From: Lophium mytilinum
Taxonomy: Eukaryota
NCBI GenBank assembly: GCA_010093605.1
Contig: MU004200.1
Location: 558,001 to 622,000 of the forward strand
DNA length: 64,000 bases
Direction of reading: 5' to 3'
Below, in pieces: positions 61,083 through 64,000 of the stretch; positions within the stretch are counted from its first letter, which is position 1; each line of letters begins with the position of its first letter. The position numbers and the translations under genes were made by a program. The notes beneath the pieces were generated by a model. The model was not told where the DNA came from. It was given only the letters and a program-made list of their open reading frames with translations, and did no database searches.

Positions 61083-64000
61083 ATGGCTGACGAAATCTCC
61101 ATCGACAACCAGCTTTTCCACGACCGCCTGGGTTCGTTCATCACGAAATGGAAGGCGGAGAAGCGGTCGGGCAACGCGACCTTTGCTGATGTCGGCTCAA
61201 TTGCCGTCCTGGTTGGCAAGGCGGGTGAACCGGGGATCTATCAGAAGCCAACAGCTTTCCAGGTATGTTTCAGCAGACGGGCAGCTACGAACGAACAGTG
61301 CTGACGATGAACATCCAGCTATGGCTGCTAGGCTACGAGTTCCCCACGACCCTGTTCGTCCTCACCCCAGATGTCTTGCGGATCGTCACGACCAAGAAGA
61401 AGGGTAATTCTAACATCGAGCCTGAAAATCAAATCGGAAGGCTAATACACGGCGTGATACAGCGTCCTACTTAGAACCCCTCAAAGGTGGCAAGACAGCT
61501 GTGGAGATATACGTGCGAGGGAAAGATGCGGAGGTTAACGCCAAGCAGTTCCAGGACTGCCTGGAGCTGATGAAAACCGCTGGTGTACGTTGAGAACGCA
61601 CTCCAGGGACTTGTGAGCCTGTGCTAACATCTTGCAGAAGAAGGTCGGCGTCATGGCTAAGGATAACGCAACCGGACCATTTGCCGAAGAGTGGAAAACT
61701 GCGCTCGAAGGCATATCTAAAGATGTCGAACAGGTGGACTTGGGCCTCATTCTGTCGAATGCTGCCTTGGCTGTCAAAGATGAGAAAGAACTGGTAAGAC
61801 CGTCTTTCCCCCATTAAGCACAGAAATAGCTGATAGGTTCTCCAGCGAACAATCCGCGATGCCTCGCGGGCCTCCAGTCACCTCATGGCCAACTACTTCG
61901 TCGAGGAGATGTCGGAGATTCTCGATTCGGAGAAGAAGATATCCCACAAGGCTTTCTCGGACAAGATTACCGCGAAGTTGGACGACTCCAAGTTCTTCCA
62001 GAAGATCAAGGTCTCCAACTCTTTCGATCCCATGAATTTAGATTGGGGTCTTATGCCGGTGGTGCAAAGTGGCGGACAATACGACTTGAAATTCAACTCC
62101 GAGCCAGATGACCACAATCTACATGCTGGAGTTATTGTATCCGCTCTTGGTCTACGGTACTCCTCCTACATGTCCATGATAGGCCGAACATATATGGTGG
62201 ACCCAAACAAAGCACAAGAGAACACCTACAAGCTCCTTTTGTCCATTCACGAGCTAGTCTTACACTCGATGAAGGATGGGGTCGTTGCCAAGGACATTTA
62301 CAACAAGGCACTGAATCTCCTCAAGTCTAAGAAGCCTGATCTGGAGAAAAACTTTTTCAAGAATGTGGGCTATGGGATTGGAATTGAAAACAAGGACAAT
62401 ACTCTTCTACTCTCCAGCAAAAACACCAGAGCGCTCAAAGACGGCATGACCTTCTGTGTGACAACCGGCTTCAACGATCTCAAGAACCCGGACCCTCAAG
62501 ACAAGAAGAGCAACGTTTACTCTCTAGTTCTTATGGACACTGTTCGAGTCACTGCCACTGATGCCGCTGTTTTTACCAAAGATGCACCTTCAGACCTGGA
62601 ATCCGTGTCTTTCTTCTTCAACGATGAAGAAGAGCCCGAAGCGAAGCCTAAGCCTAAGCGTGATTCTCGGATTGGGGCAGTCGCTCAAAAGAACGTCACG
62701 AAGACGCGACTTCGTGCTGAGCGCTCAACGAATCAAGACGCCGAAAAAGAGAAGCAACGTCGTGAGCATCAGAAGGAGCTTCACGCGAAAAAGCAGAAGG
62801 AGGGTTTGGCTCTGTATGGCAAGGGCGCTGGTGCTTTAAACGGCACGGAAGAGAAGAAGTTCAAGCGCTTCGAGTCCTACAAACGCGACGGTCAACTCCC
62901 TACCAGCGTAAAGGACCTAGCCATCCATGTGGATCGAAAAAACTTTACCATACTACTCCCAATAATGGGTCGTCCGGTCCCGTTCCACATCAACACAATC
63001 AAGAACGCTTCGACGACTAGTGAAGGCGATTTCATCGCGTTGAGAATCAATTTCCTCTCTCCTGGGCAAGGTGTTGGGCGAAAAGATGATCAGCCCTTCG
63101 AAGATCCTACTGCCCACTTCATCCGGAGTCTAACATTCCGTTCCCGGGATGTTGATCGTATCGAGGACATCGCCAAGTCAATTACCGAGCTGAAGAAGGA
63201 CGTTGTGCGACGTGAACAAGAAAAGAAACAGATGGAGGATGTGGTTGAGCAGGACAAGCTGGTGACATTGAAGAGTAAGCTAATTTTCATGCACGCACTG
63301 TTCACTGAACTAACAATAGCTAGATCGCAAACCGTACAATCTCGACATGATCTTCCTACGCCCTCCACTCGACGGCAAGCGTGTTCCTGGTACCATCGCC
63401 ATTCATCAGAATGGTCTCCGTTACGTCCACGGAAATGGTACTCAAACCGTCGATGTTCTTTTCTCGAACATCAAGCACCTCTTTTTCCAGCCCTGTCAGC
63501 ATGAGCTGATCGTCATCATCCACATTCACCTCAAGAACCCACTGATGATTGGGAAGAAGAAGGCACGAGACATCCAGTTCTTCCGAGAAGCCACAGAAAT
63601 GGCCTTCGACGAGACTGGAAACCGCAAGCGACGACACAAGTTCGGCGACGAAGAAGAATTCGAGCAGGAGCAGGACGAACGAAGGCGCCGTGCTGCGCTT
63701 GACAAGGAGTTCAAGAGCTTCGCCGAGAAGATCTCGGACGCTGCCCGAGGCGAAGGCGTCGCTGTCGACGTACCTTTCCGCGAACTTGGGTTCAACGGTG
63801 TTCCCTCGCGATCCTCGGTGCTCATCCAACCCACAACCGACTGCTTGGTTCAACTCACCGAGCCACCGTTCCTTTGTCTGACCCTGAGCGAGCTTGAAGT
63901 CGTACACCTCGAGCGCGTGCAGTTTGGGCTCCGGAACTTCGACATGGTGCTCGTGTTCAGAGATTACAACCGCACTCCTGCGCATGTCAACACCATCCCC
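61083..64000 (+). CDS. SPT16: FACT complex subunit Spt16 (3' end beyond the window edge)
   Basis: [54 protein letters not shown] and [14 protein letters not shown]. Confidence 0.97.

Overview
Eukaryotic DNA from a filamentous ascomycete (Pezizomycotina; Dothideomycetes is my inference). It shows GT-AG introns with CTRAY branch points, about 24 mostly housekeeping genes, and evidence of RIP. In order, the genes are: a repeat-rich hypothetical protein running off the left edge (absent from the ORF track), a possible small spliced orphan gene, Gemin2/Brr1-like, 2OG-Fe(II) dioxygenase, FHA+forkhead Fhl1-like, Snf7, Ten1, OPT transporter, Sco1, DHA1 MFS, DUF2256-like, Vba/DHA2-like MFS, secreted arylsulfatase, AstA/Dal5-family MFS, Rac GTPase, UBX protein, Eaf, uS2/Rps0, uS15m, Rrp47/C1D, PRKRIP1, a probable pseudokinase, a mitochondrial-carrier-like protein and Spt16 (truncated at the right edge). 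The structures the genes do not explain are a 286-bp foldback inverted repeat upstream of the Fhl1-like gene, a full-length RIP-inactivated DD34E Tc1 transposon with perfect TIRs, and an array of about five diverged ~180-bp units with internal inverted repeats (57.7-58.6 kb). Also notable are a 264-bp in-frame duplication inside the Fhl1-like gene, a candidate sulfur-starvation mini-cluster with CYS-3/MetR-type sites, and a recurrent C-rich to G-rich switch inside genes. All calls come from manual reading and motif recognition; no database searches were run and exon boundaries are predictions.
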